64,000 nucleotides of DNA from Eledone cirrhosa (Eukaryota): assembly GCA_964016885.1 (NCBI GenBank), contig OZ024752.1:36456001-36520000 (forward strand). The letters are read 5' to 3'. Shown here in pieces: positions 23,661 to 37,600 of this stretch (the stretch's first letter is position 1; every line of letters begins with the position of its first letter). The notes below the pieces were generated by a model. It was given only the letters and a program-made list of their open reading frames with translations, did not search any database and had not been told where the DNA came from. The position numbers and the translations under genes are program-made.

Positions 23661-23897
23661 CAGAGGTCCCCAATGACCGGCTGTCGACCGGTACCAGTCC
23701 ATGGATTATTTGCTACCGGGCCACAAAGAAATAATTAACTTGTTTAAAATTACAGAATTTGATAAATTGAATATTTGACTTCAATTTTAAAAGAGTCAAA
23801 AGATTATACACTTTTGAAATGCATTTAAGTAACATATGTGCAACTACCGGTCCGACATGAAGCCAGTCTGTGCTATAAAAAAGGTTGGAGACCACTG
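23661..23897. mobile_element. hAT-type MITE
   Basis: TIRs cagaggtccccaa / ttggagaccactg. 8-bp TSD ttgtagtg / ttctagtg. Confidence 0.7.
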
Positions 23898-24417
23898 TTC
23901 TAGTGGACAGTTGACTATTCCGAAAGAGAACTTATTGACAACTGAAGAAGAGGACAATAGAACTCTCCAGATCATACCTTATGGGAAATATTCTTGAAAA
24001 TAATCAAGAATTTAGTGGGATTTAGTAATATAACTGATTTTACCATTATTAAATGAGAGTTTGGTTCCATTGTGTTCAGACCTGATGTATATGCAGAGGT
24101 ATAATTAGAGTATGGCAAGCATGGCATGTGTTATGGGTGCCACTTGGACTAAGAGCATGTTCTTTTAAAGTCAAATAAGCCTCGTTGGTGAGTAAGAAAA
24201 GAAACTCCTTCAGATGTATGATCTGTCTCTATCATGGGTGAGAACACTATGGTGGCTGGAATATTAAACCATTAAACTATAGGTAAAAATACACTGATGG
24301 GCAGTGGCGCAATTTCACTGCTTGCCATAGGCACTATTTTCCTTAGTTATGCATCTGTGTATATGTATATATTTATTTACCACATCACATTAAATGTATT
24401 TTTGAAAGTGTTTTTAG

Positions 24418-24815
24418 AAAACAACCCTGAGTACCTTTTTGATTTCCATGTGTCTAACACACGTGGACATGCCCACAAAGTCAGAAAACAGCACAGTTCC
24501 CATGACTTTCGGAAACATTTTTTCACGCTCAGAGTTGCTGAAGCATGGAACAAACTACCTGCATCAGTTGTTAGCTGTCGAGACACTGCATCCTTTAAGG
24601 CCTCCATGCTTCCCGAGATTCGCCAACACTACACCTAATGTTCCCCCTTCATACACACATGTATTCCATGACTCATACACTATTCACTTCCCTGACATTT
24701 GTGTATTATTCTATGTTCTATACATGCACCTTTGACGAGTTGTAGTGCACCTGAGCACTTTACACAATAATTTCATATAAATAAATAAATAAATCATTAT
24801 TATTATTATTATTAT
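24418..24815 (+). mobile_element. CR1/L2-group LINE 3' end
   Basis: SNTRGHAHKVRKQHSSHDFRKHFFTLRVAEAWNKLPASVV...ASFK motif, followed by a 3'UTR and a (TAAA)n(ATT)n tail. Confidence 0.85.
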
Positions 24816-26628
24816 TTAAATGAATCAAAGTAAAGTTTTAAAAAGTAATTCCTTTTTTAGTTCTCTCACTATTAATATATTGTTATAATTTTTGCTGAGT
24901 TAGTAAATAGGTCGTTTGGTATGTTTATTGCTACCACCACTCAATTTGATATTTTTAAACCCTTCCACCACCACTCAATTTGATATTTTAAAACCCTTCC
25001 ATCACCACATTTATGATAAAACATTGCTTAAGATTTTCAAATTATTTGTAAATTATCTCCCTCTTTTCTTTGAGAGTCTATACCGATGACCGCTAGGTTT
25101 TTGTTTTCTTACTTAAAGCGGGGAATTTCGATTTAGATATTTTTACACACACCATTCACTACATCACATCTTAAATTACTTTAATAGATCCATGTCATTG
25201 GTCCAATTGAGTTACTTCCCTTAATTTATCTTTTGTTAAATTAAAATTGTTTTTGTTTTGTTATTATAAGTTTCAGAAAACCGATATAATTCGGTAAAAA
25301 TATATAAAGGATAATAAATAAAACAAAACAAAGTAATATTTTTACCCAATATATTTCAGGGGTTTTTAAGTATTGTCATTTAGCTTCAGATCAGCCTTGA
25401 TCGAACCGACAGACTTAGGGATCAAAGCGGTCTCAGTTATGATCACCCAGTTTTTTTTTTACATATATTCTTGCCAATGACAGAATATCTGTAAAGAAAA
25501 TAATTGTTTCTACTATTGGCACAAGGCCAGAAATTACCTAGTACATTACTGGTACTTTATTTTATCGACCCCGTAAGGATGAAAGGCATGTAAAGAAAAT
25601 AATGTATATTCAAACTATTCGTAAAAGTTTTTTTTTTAGTTTCTACAATGTAAGTTGTGAAAGTATTTAGTATTTAACTATTTCTGGGCTGTAAGTGTCT
25701 CTCCCTTTCTTTCGTTGCTTGATTCCTTTTTCTTTTGTTCCGTTTATACTAGCACTAAAATCAAAGAACATAAATCTTACCCAAATACAATGATGGCCCG
25801 TAACTTATAAAACACCACTAGCATGCAAACGTGTTTTGTTCGGTGTAGTATAAAAATGTTCACACTAAACCATTGTTCCGACTAATATAGGCAGTTCATC
25901 AGCATGTGAATGGAATGGCACGGTACAGTAACTCCCGATGGAGTAGTAGGGACGCTGTAATGATGGAGTTTCTTGGGCATTTTAAGCCCGGCTGAACCCA
26001 TCCCTCTCCATGTGAATGTATGTATGGTATGGTCCCGTAACTCCTGATCGAGTCGTAGGGACGCCGTATTGACATACGGCATCTCTTGGGCATTTTAAGC
26101 CTGACAGAGCCCGCCGTCCCTCTAGAGGCCTGAGTACAGCAGATTTCTTCCAGAGAAAGATAGAAAGTGATAGAAAGTGAGAGAGAGAGAGGAAATGAGA
26201 AAGAGATATAAAGGAAGAATTGACTCTAGTACTAGACTGGTACTTTTTTTAATCGACCTCGAAAGGATGAAAGACAAAGTTGACCTTGGCCGGATTTGAA
26301 CTCAGAGAGTAGAGAAGCAGAACGAATACAATAACGCATTCTATCCGACGTTCTAACGACTCTGCTAATCCGTCGCCTATCTCCGTGGAGTTGTAAGGGC
26401 GCTGTAGTGACATATGACGTTTCTTTGACATTTTAAGTACGGCTTAGCCCATCCCTCTCCGTGTGAATAACATTCCTTTACTAATTGTTGTTGACAAAGA
26501 CGATACGGATGGTGATAATGGCAAAACGAATTGTTCTATCGGTTTTCTGCAAGCAGATAACCGGTAGAAGGGAGTCTTACTGGGTTGATTGATCTGCTAA
26601 AAGAAGCAGCCAAATCAACAACAATCAC

Positions 26629-26821
26629 TAGACCTGCCAACCTCTAAAAACAGCAAACGGGGAGTACCATGAAAAAAAAGTGCCCCCAAAACGGGAAGAA
26701 ATGAAGCAAAATCGGGAGATTTTACATAATGAAAGCTATACCCATTTTCACAAGAGAAGATATCTCTCACCCACCCCAAATTGGGTGGGAGATCTCCCTG
26801 CCCGGAGAGTTGACAGGTCTG
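26629..26821. mobile_element. Short TIR element (hAT-like MITE)
   Basis: Ends tagacctgccaac and gttgacaggtctg. Confidence 0.55.
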
Positions 26822-26837
26822 TTTAAAGGGACTAAGA

Positions 26838-27133
26838 CAGTGGCTCCCTACCTTTTGGGTCCTGTGCCACACTTCAACATCTTAAACATTTTTATGCCCC
26901 ACTTTGATATAAAAACAGCAATTATCATCTACAAAGTGTAAACAAATTGGCATATGGGTGATGTCAGATGCACAATAACATGTGGAGGAGGTGAGACAGG
27001 AGTTTCCGACAGTAATTTGTTCCAAAGTTGCCTTGGTGTAAAAGTAATAAAGTAAAACCTGAAGTTTGATCTCATGAACTTAATTTTCAAATTGCTTCCC
27101 TATGGGGCGTGCACCCCATGTTAGGAATCACTG
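26838..27133. mobile_element. hAT-type MITE; related partial copy at about 3328-3570
   Basis: TIRs cagtggctccctac / gttaggaatcactg. Perfect 8-bp TSD gactaaga at 26830-26837 and 27134-27141. Confidence 0.8.
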
Positions 27134-27232
27134 GACTAAGATCAACTAGTAGACTGAGCGACTTTTGTTAACTGTAAACAAAAGACATGATTGTCTAATA
27201 TTTCTTTGATGTAGCGTTTTATATGGTCTACA

Positions 27233-27574
27233 ACATATTCCATTGGTGGGCCACTTATGAACATTGGAACAACTATTAGGGCCTGTCACTGTCAAAAATA
27301 TGTAATCTAATGAAAACCAGTGAATTGAGTCATAAATACATTGTAAAACATATTCCATTGGTGGGCCACTTTTGAACATTGGAACAACTATTAGGGCCAC
27401 TCACTGTCAAAAATATGTAATCTAATGAAAACCAGCGAATTGAGTCATAAATACATTGTAAAACATATTCCATTGGTGGGCCACTTATGAACATTGGAAC
27501 AACTATTAGGGCCTGTCACTGTCAAAAATATGTAATCTAATGAAAACCAGTGAATTGAGTCATAAATACATTGT
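27233..27574. repeat. 115-bp tandem repeat, 3 copies
   Basis: Units start acatattccattggtgggccac at 27233, 27348 and 27463. Confidence 0.9.
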
Positions 27575-30500
27575 GAATACATTATTAAACAATAAAGACA
27601 AATAAAATATAATTTAGTTTTATTAATGTGAGACTTGGTATTTAGCATAGGTCAAATAACAGAAAATTGTATTACAGTTACGAAAAAAATTCTAAATAAG
27701 CCCACAAGGTAAAAATTACAAACGGTCATCACAGAGCACTCTCACTTGTCTGGCGGGCTGGATTGTGGCCCGCAGGCCACCTGTTGCATGCCCCTGGTCT
27801 ACAGCAATTCTAAAATTCTAAAGTTTGGAGATTCATCAGGCTGGCGCTTATCCTAGTTTACACGCCATTAAGCAACTGAGAGTATAAGACTTGCCCCTGG
27901 CACTCATTTTCTGTTGGATATATCTATGGAGAAACATGAAATGAAGTGTTGATTTTGTTGGCAGCCATTGACCCCCCCCCCCCCTCCATCTTCAGGATAT
28001 TTTACCTGAATTTCTATGCTATAATTATTTAGAGCAACTGGATAGTTTATAGTTATTTTTGTGTTTGAGCTCCTTGCATTTCTAATTCAAATTCAATTTT
28101 AACCCTCTCATTACCATATTTTTAATGAAATACACTGTATTTAACTTAATTAATGAAGAATTTAGAAGGTTTTTCTAAAATAATTATTTATTCTGTTATT
28201 AAGATGATATTTGCAATATAATTTAACAAAACATTTAATATAATTTAACAAAACATTTTTTTAGAGCGGACATAAAATGATGATGATGATGAAAAGGTTC
28301 TTATATTTAATTATGATGGAATATTTCAATTTAAATTGGAATCTTTTAAAATGAGTGGCTTTGTTTCATAGAACCTGAGGCACTCTTGGATGGTTGTTTG
28401 GCATCAAAAGAGTTAATCATTATAAATAAAAGATGAAATGATTAGCATTGGTATTGTTCTTGAGTTTAGGCTACACACAGTATTGCTAATTAAATATTCA
28501 TGAGGCCTTAAGATCTTTAGATAATTGGAAATTCAGATAACTGAGGTTTAACTGTAGTAAGCTTTCTTCTATTAAAGGATTTGCTAACCTCTAACTTTTG
28601 ATGTCATTGATTTTCTAACATCAGATATGATAAAGAAATTTGCTTAGGTTGGCTTACTTTATACTCAACCCTTTTATTACGATATTTCCGATGAATTGCA
28701 CTGCCAATGTGTTTCAATTTTAGAAAAAAGCAAAACTTTGAAACTCACATTAAGTTTGTGTTTGGAACATTATTTAACAAAAGTTTCTTACATAGAATTA
28801 TGCCAAAACGTTATAATATAAAAGTAAATATGTACACTTAAAAATGGTCAGTTTTGTATCATAGAACCAGGGACAAATCTGTGCTGCTGTATTTGGAGAT
28901 GGGATACAGCAGCACCCTCAGTACAGATCTGTGTTGACCAAGAATTGAACACTTTAAAACGGGCAGCTTTGTATCGTAGAACCAGAGGATGGTGCTGTAT
29001 TCAGAGAGAGTTCAGCAGCACAGATCTGTGTTTACCCTTTAACCCTTTAGTATTTAAACCAGCCATATCTGGCCAGAATTCTCTTACCTCTTTCTGTTCA
29101 AACCAGCCACTCATACTAAAGTTAAAGTATTGTTCTCAAAATCTCGTAGATTCAATATTATGTGAGATAATTATGTAAAATAAAGCCTTTACCACAAAAA
29201 TACAATAGTATATATAGAGTAATGTAAATGCTAAAGGGTTAAAATGGAGAGTTTTGTATCATAGAACCAGGGACTGTTTCAATGGGGGTCGGTATGAAAG
29301 AAGTTTAAAAGTCAGAATTATTGTTGTCACAAATCAACGTAAAAAAAGGGGAAATGACGTTATTGAGTCTAACAAAGTGCACAATACTGAAGCCCTTAAA
29401 ATATTCCATGTCTTTCTCCAGTAGCAGAGGAAATGAGCAAATTTGTTTTAATGTAATTACTTGGATAAACTCTTAGATAATCATAAAAGGTCACCTATTA
29501 AATTTGTTGTATTTTTAACATTTCGACTAGTAATTAATTTGGGGAGACCAAATAGTTATTCTTTGCCCACTTATCCCTGAGAGGGTTGTGGGGGCAGTGT
29601 TCTCAAACATTCCTTCCAGCGGGTCCTGTCAGCAGCAACTGTCTCCAACTGATCTGATTGGATCCCCAAACAAGATCAGCCGAACTCATGGATGCTATCC
29701 ATCAATCTTGCTCAGGGTCTACCCCTGGGTCTCCTACCATTTGGTTTAGCCTGTAAAATCAGTCCAGTGAATCTTTTCTGAAACATCCTAACTACATGCC
29801 CATAATATTAGAGGTGTGATCTCTCAATTTAGAGAAGTCGTGGTTCTACCTGGAGTGACACTCTATCGAGTACTTCTGAAGACTGTTCGGAGGGATCCCA
29901 TTTAATCACATACCAATGTGATTATACTTATCATGAGGTTAACTTTGCCTTTCAACCTTACGGGGTCGATAAAATAAAGTACCAGTAATACACTAGAATA
30001 ATTGCTGGCCTTGTCCCAAAAGTAGAAACATTTATACTTATACACCTACAACCTGGTCATTGACATAATTTCACTATAGTGGAATTATGTCTGATAATAT
30101 TATCACTATATAAATAAAATAGAACAGAAGTGAATATGATATCATCATCATCACCAGACGAAACTATAACATCTCTCACTCTTATGCCTCCATCTGTCTT
30201 TGACCCCCTTCAAGACTTTGATTTCAGAAACAGAGTTCAAACCAGTAATCCTCTCTCAGGATTTTTGGAAAGATCTTCATACATTATATATATATATATA
30301 TGATTAAATGGTTCTGCCATGATGTAATTATGTCACAAAATTATAATTATGATTAGCTTTTGATATCTTCTAAATCCTATCCAAAGCAATTGAACTAATG
30401 AGGGAACTCCTACACGGTCACTCCACCTGCTAGAAATAACAGCCAAACCTCCTCAAACTACACTAGTCTAAAGTCTGTCTTGAGCCCAGTGCTTATCTTA

Positions 30501-31034
30501 GTTTCTGTGGCATGAAACTAACTGAGAGTACATGACTCCTATGGACAGGACACCAGTCCATCATTACAAATATCCCACAGTTATTGCTGGTACTCATTTT
30601 TAGCTGAGTATACTGGAGCAGTGTGAAATGAAGTGTTTTGCTCATGAACAAAATACACAACCCAGACCAGGAATTGAACTCACGACATCACATTATATAA
30701 GAAACTTTGTTAAATTGTGTTCCAAACACCTGCATAATAATAGTTTCTGATTCAGGCACAAGGTCAAGAATTTTGGGACAAGAGGAAAGTTCATTAGATC
30801 GACACCAGTGCATTACTGGTGCCATATTTTATCAATTCCTGGAAGGATGAAAGGGAAAGAGATTTGTTAATAATTGTTTCTACTTTAGGCACAAAGCCAG
30901 CAATTACCCAGTGCATTACTGGTACTTTATTTTATCGAAGAGATTTGTTAATAATGAAAGAAATTTAGTTTATATTACGAAATCCATTCAAGTTCTTGAT
31001 TTAAAAGAAAAAATTATTTGAAAATTTCAGGCAG

Positions 31035-31310
31035 TGACTTTCATTAGAAATATGATAATGAAAGTGTTAATGACATAGGTAGTGTCTTTCATTAGGAATA
31101 TGGTAATGAAAGAGTTAATGACAAGCAGTCTCTTTCATTAGAAATATGGTAATGAAAGGGTTAATGACATAGACAGTGTCTTTCATTAGGAATATGGTAA
31201 CGAAAGGGTTAATGAAATAGGTAGTGTCTTTCATTAGGAATATAGTAACAAAAGCGTTAAAGACATAGGCAATGTCTTTAATTAAAAATATAGTAAATAA
31301 AGGGTTAATT
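31035..31310. repeat. About 48-bp minisatellite, 6 copies
   Basis: Unit tttcattaggaatatggtaatgaaagggttaatgacataggtagtgtc. Confidence 0.85.
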
Positions 31311-33504
31311 TTAGAAAAGACAATTTGAAATAATATATCAAAGAGAATATTTGATGATCAAGTGTTATCTGATAAAATTTATTCAATAAAATGTAATTGA
31401 AGAAGTTCTTTTCTGATGGTTCTGAAGAATGTGGTGAATCTTTTGCAGTAAAATCATACATATAGAGTCAAAAGATGTAGAAAGTAATTTCAATTGTGCA
31501 AATAAATACATGGAAGTAATAGTAGTAGTAGTAGTAGTAATACTAATAATAAAATAATGATGATGATGATGATGATGAATATTGTTTGTTTATTAGTAAT
31601 AATTTCTTACATTGTTATAAAGCCTGAGAATTTTAGGGAGTGGAAAGATTGTAACATTTTTGTCTTTCCACAAAAGCATTAGCAATGGAAATGAATTGAA
31701 ATAAAATGGCTGACTAGGAACCAAAACATGGCTGTGGATTAATCTTGGGGAGCTTAATCTCTATGCTATGCCATTCTGGTAACCAGATTTCTCTCTCTCT
31801 CTCTCTAGATATATATATATATACTGTGAGTTACTGCTTGATGACTGAGCTCTTATTGTTTTGACTGTGAGCAGTAACTCCTTATAATATCTACAGCCTA
31901 CTTATTTAAGTATCTAATTCTAAGCTGAATGGTTTTATAATTCTAAACTGATAACTCCCAATCTACGTGCCTATATATATTAGTCCAACCCATTTTACCA
32001 TTGATATTTTTTGGTCACATTCCTCAACTTATATTCGAGTATATACAGTATATATATACATATATATATCTAATTTACTCCAGGGATAAAAGGCAAAGTT
32101 GACCTTGGTGGAATCTTAATATAGAAACAATCACGGGATACTGAACTAAATTATGCAAAGCATATAAGTTGACCCCCCACCCCCAAGTCTCTTGGCTATC
32201 TCCATTTCTACTAGTAATAATAGTTTGAACCCATTGATATATGAACTCAGAACTTAAAGGGACCTAACAGAACACCACAAGGCATTTTGTCCAGCACTCC
32301 CAACCAATTCTGCCAATCCACTGCCTTTAATAAATTTTTCTAGCATAGACAGGGCCAGCAATTTAGGGGAAGAGGAAAGTCGGTTATATATCAACCCCAG
32401 CCTTTAACTAGCTTAACTTGTTTTATGAACTGCAGAAGGATGAAAAGCAAAGTTGACCTTGATGGGATTTGAACTTACAATCTGCCAATCCCTTAATAAT
32501 GATATCAATATATTTTTCAAATAGAGGGCAGGGAAAGGTTTACAGTAGAAGGAGTACAGTCAAATGAAGATATTCTTAGTATCAACTAAAGACATTTATT
32601 TAGTCAAGTGCTGAACCCATTTCTGCCTTCTTGAAATATAATAATAATAATAATAGCATTATCTTTTGACTGAATAACAGGACTAATTATTTGCAAGGGT
32701 AAACTGTTCACTCAGTTGATTAAATTGACCCTAGTATATTACTGGTTACTTATTGAATCAACTCAGTAGGATTGAAAAGCACAATCCTAGTATACTACTG
32801 GTTTCTTATTGAATCAACTCAAGAGGATTGAACAGCAAAGTTAAACCTGGTAGCATTTGAGTTAAGAACTGGAAGAAAACACAACTACATATTATAACAC
32901 GTGTTGACTAACATTCTAGAGTCACTGCTACCTCCACCATTGCTAATGATAATGGTTTTTAATTTAGGCACAGAGCCAAAATATTTTGGGGATGAAGAGA
33001 AAAATCAATCATACCGACCACAGCACATGACTGGAATTTTATCTTATTGACCCCGAAAGGATGAAAGGCAAAGCTAACCTCAGCTGGATTTGTAAACTCA
33101 GAATGTAGAGCTGGAAGAAACACCTCAAGACATTTTCACTAATAATTTAATTATTCTGTCAATCTACCGCTCTTTGCTAATAATAATGATGATGATGATA
33201 ATAATGGTTTCTAGTTTAGGCACAAGGCCAGTAATTTGGGGGGGGGGGGGGGAGGAGGAGGAAAAAGTCAATTAAATCAACCCCAGTGGATTACTGGTAC
33301 TTTATTTTCCTGACCCCGTAAGGATGAAAGGCAAAGCTAACCTCGACGGGATTTGAACTTGGAACACAAAGGGCCATAACTATATGCCACAAAGTATGTT
33401 GTCCATCGCTCAACCGATTACTGCGAATCCACTGCACTTAATAACAATAATGATGATGATGATGATGATGATGATTTCTTTGGCCCAAGGTCACAAATTT
33501 GTAA

Positions 33505-34290
33505 AGGGAGGGTATATAGTCAATTGAATCAACCCCTAGGATATACATAACCAGGAAGGGTATATAGTGCACTGAATCCACCTCTAATATATAACCAGTA
33601 AGGGTGTATATAGTCACCTGAATCAACCCTAGTATATAACCAGGAAGGGTGTATATAGTCAACTGAATATACCCTAATATATAACTAATAAGGGTGTATA
33701 TAGTCACCTGAATCAACCCTAATATATAATCAGGAAGGGTGAATATAGTCAACTGAACCAACCCCTAATATATAACCAGAAAGGGTGTATATAGTCAACT
33801 GAATCAACCCCTAATATATAACCAAGAAGGGTGTATATAATCAACTGAATCTGCCCTAATATAGACATGACCTGGGTGTATATATTCAACTGAATCAACT
33901 CCTAGTATATACATAACCAGTAAGGGTGTATAGTCAACTGAATCTGCCCTAATATATACATGACCTGGGTGTATATAATCAACTGAATTAACCCCTAGTA
34001 TATAACCAGTAAGGGTGTATTATATAGTCAACTGAATCTAACCCTAATATATACATGACCAGGAAGGGTGTATATAGTCAACTGAATCAACCCCTAATAT
34101 ATAACAAGGATGGGTGTATATAGTCAACTGAATCGACCCTTAATATATACATGACCAGGATGTATATAGTTAACTGAATCTACCCCTAATATATAACAAG
34201 GAAGGGTGTATATAATCAACTGAATTAACCCCTAATATATAAACAGGAAGGGTGTATATAGTCAATTGAATCAACCCTAATACATGACCA
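33505..34290. repeat. About 45-50-bp minisatellite, about 17 copies, expanded inside a SINE
   Basis: Unit aagggtgtatatagtcaactgaatcaacccctaatatataaccagg. SINE sequence flanks it on both sides (33475-33505 and 34300-34410). Confidence 0.9.
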
Positions 34291-34658
34291 AAAAAAAATG
34301 TATTTTATTCCATAAATTTTAGAATCATTGAAAGGCAAGGTCGACTTGGCGGCTTTGAACTCAGAATGCAGAGGGACGAACTAAACACTGAAAGCTATTT
34401 AGTTCGGTATGCCAAATAATAACAACAACAGCAATAAAATAGAAAAAAAATAAAATAAAAGAAAACATGAAGGTGACAAGAAAGCAAATAATTACCTTTA
34501 AACCTTTGTCAAAAAAACGAAAAAGAAAAGCTAAATTTATTATTATTCATGGTTTTATATAAACCATTATTATTATTACATAAATGATTGTTGCATTGTT
34601 ATTTTTCTTTTGTGATTTGAGAAACAAGAAACATTTATGAATATTGTTTTTATATATT

Positions 34659-37600
34659 TTAACTTAATTTCTGTTTCACTATAGCTATTGTTCTTTTCTG
34701 TTGCTCCAGCATTTCTTTCAGACGCTGTATTCGTGCTAATTCCGGGGTGAGTCCCACATTAAACTTGTTCAGTAAGGCACTATGGTGTGTAGGAGTAGAT
34801 GAGCTAATATTTCTTTCTTGATCAGTTGTGGAATATTGAAGTTGTGTTGGGAATGAACTCACATTTAATGATGGATTTACAGAAGAAAAAGGCTGTCTTT
34901 CAGCCGAGAAAAGATAAGAAGAGCTTTGGGGATAACTTGCAGTATTATCAGTGGAATTTTCATAACAGTGACAAGCTTCTGGTGTACCACCATAAGCATA
35001 AGTTTGTTCAGAGTCATCATGAGAACACAGAGAAGCAAGGGGGCTGGTTTTAGAAATAGGGGATGTATTTGATTTAGAAAAATTATCACATTCTGTAAAG
35101 TCTAAGGATTGTGAAACTTGTTGCAACGATGTGGATTTTGAAGGGATTGATTTTATTGTATTTGAACTATTACTATCTAAAAAGGGTGCAGGTGATTTTG
35201 GTGTGAGTTCTGTTGTATTATTATCAAATGTCTTTTCATTATTAGGTTTCATAAATATATTATTTTCTGAGAGAACATCATCATAATTTCCCGAAGGTTC
35301 ACTTTTAATTTTGCCATCGTTTATATAATTTGTGATGTATCCCTTAGTTGTATTATTGCATGAAAGTAGAGAACCTGTCATAAGAGGTAATTTAGTTTCA
35401 TGGGCAATATTTTCTCCAGCTAGGCCGCCTGGACACTTTACAATTTTATGTGGATCAAGAACATCTTTTGAGTATTTAGAACGGATTTTAGAAGCCCTCT
35501 TTCTTTGTTTCCATGCTTTATCATTAGTTATTAATATTTTTTTTCGCCGTCTTCCACGCCTTTTGAGTCTCTTTTCTCTCGTCGCTTCTACATCTGCCTC
35601 TAAATTACTAGAAAGATCTTCCAAGAGCGATACAGAACTATGAGATGTGGCTTTAGTACACTGTCTGGGCTGTCTGGCTGCTCGTGGAGGCAAACTGCTT
35701 CTACGTCGCTGGGGAGGTTTTCTTCTTTTTCTTCTTCTCTTCATGGGCTTTTTTGATGCTTGCAAAATGCTGCGTCTGGCAACTGCAGAAGAGTTTTTCA
35801 TGAGACTATTATCACAGGGAGATACTCCAATCTGATAAGTATGATCATAGTTTGGAGTCTCAGAAACTCGTTGCATTTTTAAGGTTTTTAATTTGGCTGG
35901 ACGCCCTCTTTTACGAGGAGGAGGAGGAGGAGGAAGAGGAGGAGGATAAGGATAAGGATAAGGAACTATAGTTGAAGAATTGTTCACCATAGCAGTGCCA
36001 GTTAAAGTAGTTTGGTATTCATTTCTATTTTGATTATTAAGTGAATCAATTACATTTGGCATATCATTCAATTCAGTTTTAAAAGTTACAGCCAATGGAT
36101 TTGGCGTATAACTGATTACAGTTGATATCCATTTTCTCGCAGTCCTTATAGATTTCAGAGCAAATTCCTTTTCAGTAATTGCATGAGTTTTCAAAGGCTG
36201 CCTTGCTATCTTTTTCCAATTGATAGGTTTCTTACGAATACTTTTTAACTTTGAAGCACTCAAACGTAGCCGATGTTTCTTCTTACGTAATGGTACCATG
36301 TAAATATTATGAATAACATTTTCAATATTAGATTTCTTCACACACTGATGAACTGATTTCACATCTTTTGATACACTTCCTTGATTTCTAGTTAATCTGT
36401 TTTGGATTTCAAAGACCAATGATTTCATTGAACCAGACGACTTTACTTTCTGGAGTTTCGCCTTTTTGCTAGTCCTTTTTGACGGAGTCTTATTAGGATG
36501 AGTATTTACAGATGGGCTTTTCGAAAACTTGGAAGAACTGTCTTTACGAGGGCGGCCCCTTTTCTTCGGGATCTTTGGCTGTTTCTCTAATTTTTTTTGT
36601 AAGAGTAGCTTGTCATTGGCATCAAGCATAACAACCCGATCAGTGGTAGTTGGTTCGTTATAAAATGACTGGACTTCCTCTAAAGAGGGAGCATGTTCAT
36701 ATTTAGGCTGTTTCTTAATATTTTTAATGGGTAATTTCTCCATTACATTGTTATTAGTTAAAGCTGAATTAATGGTGTTGTTCATAAAACACTCATTTTC
36801 CTTTAAAAGCTGCATTTTCTCATCAAAAGTTTTACGCTTTATTTTCTCATTTTTATTTTTCACAACTTTTTTCTTTTTTACAATCATTTCACTCTTCGGT
36901 GTTTTCGGCAACTTTTCAGGAGGTTTTTTAAGTCCAGAAATGTTTGTTTTGTTTGAAGTAGTAGTAGTAGCTTTCTCTAAGCTTTTTACATTTTTATAGC
37001 CCAAAGTCTTTGGTATTGGAACCAACTGATTATTGGAATTACCTTTAAGAATTCCATTTCTATAAGCATCATTCTGATTTTTCATCAGTGGAATCATATT
37101 AGAACTGCTATTCATAGAGAACAGCTTTTCTTTAGGAACTATCTCATATTTCAACTTACCAATAATGCTGTTTTCCGTAGAAAACGGCAGTGGTGGTGCT
37201 AGTTGTTGTTGTAGTGGTAGTGGTAGTGGTGTTCTCAAGGCACCAGTATTTGATATTGCTGTTCTGCAACTTAAAGCAGCATTATTTGGTACTTTATAAA
37301 ATGTATTCACAGTATTTGGCATGACCACACTCTCATGACCACAATTATTACCGAAAATTGGCAAGTTTCCTTTGTTTATGGAATCACTGTTTAGATCTGC
37401 ATGAGATTTCGTATAATTTGCAGTTATTCTTTCATTAGATAATTTATAATAATTATGTTCAGTATCTGGAGTCTGAAAATGAGTATTTGATAACGTCCGA
37501 GGAGTATACAGCATATCTGGATTGCCATGAAATTGTGGTTTCATCACAGGGGTAGGATTATGAACAAAACTGTCTTTTTTAAATTCTATTTGCTGCTTTA

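Noticed and set aside
23943-23975. CTGAAGA-agag…ctct possible hammerhead
   Set aside because: No GAAA after the stem and no stem I or III.
14265-25895. ITPA pair as an uncollapsed haplotype artefact
   Set aside because: Considered unlikely given the many copy-specific TE insertions and strongly diverged non-coding sequence. Read depth would be the decisive test.
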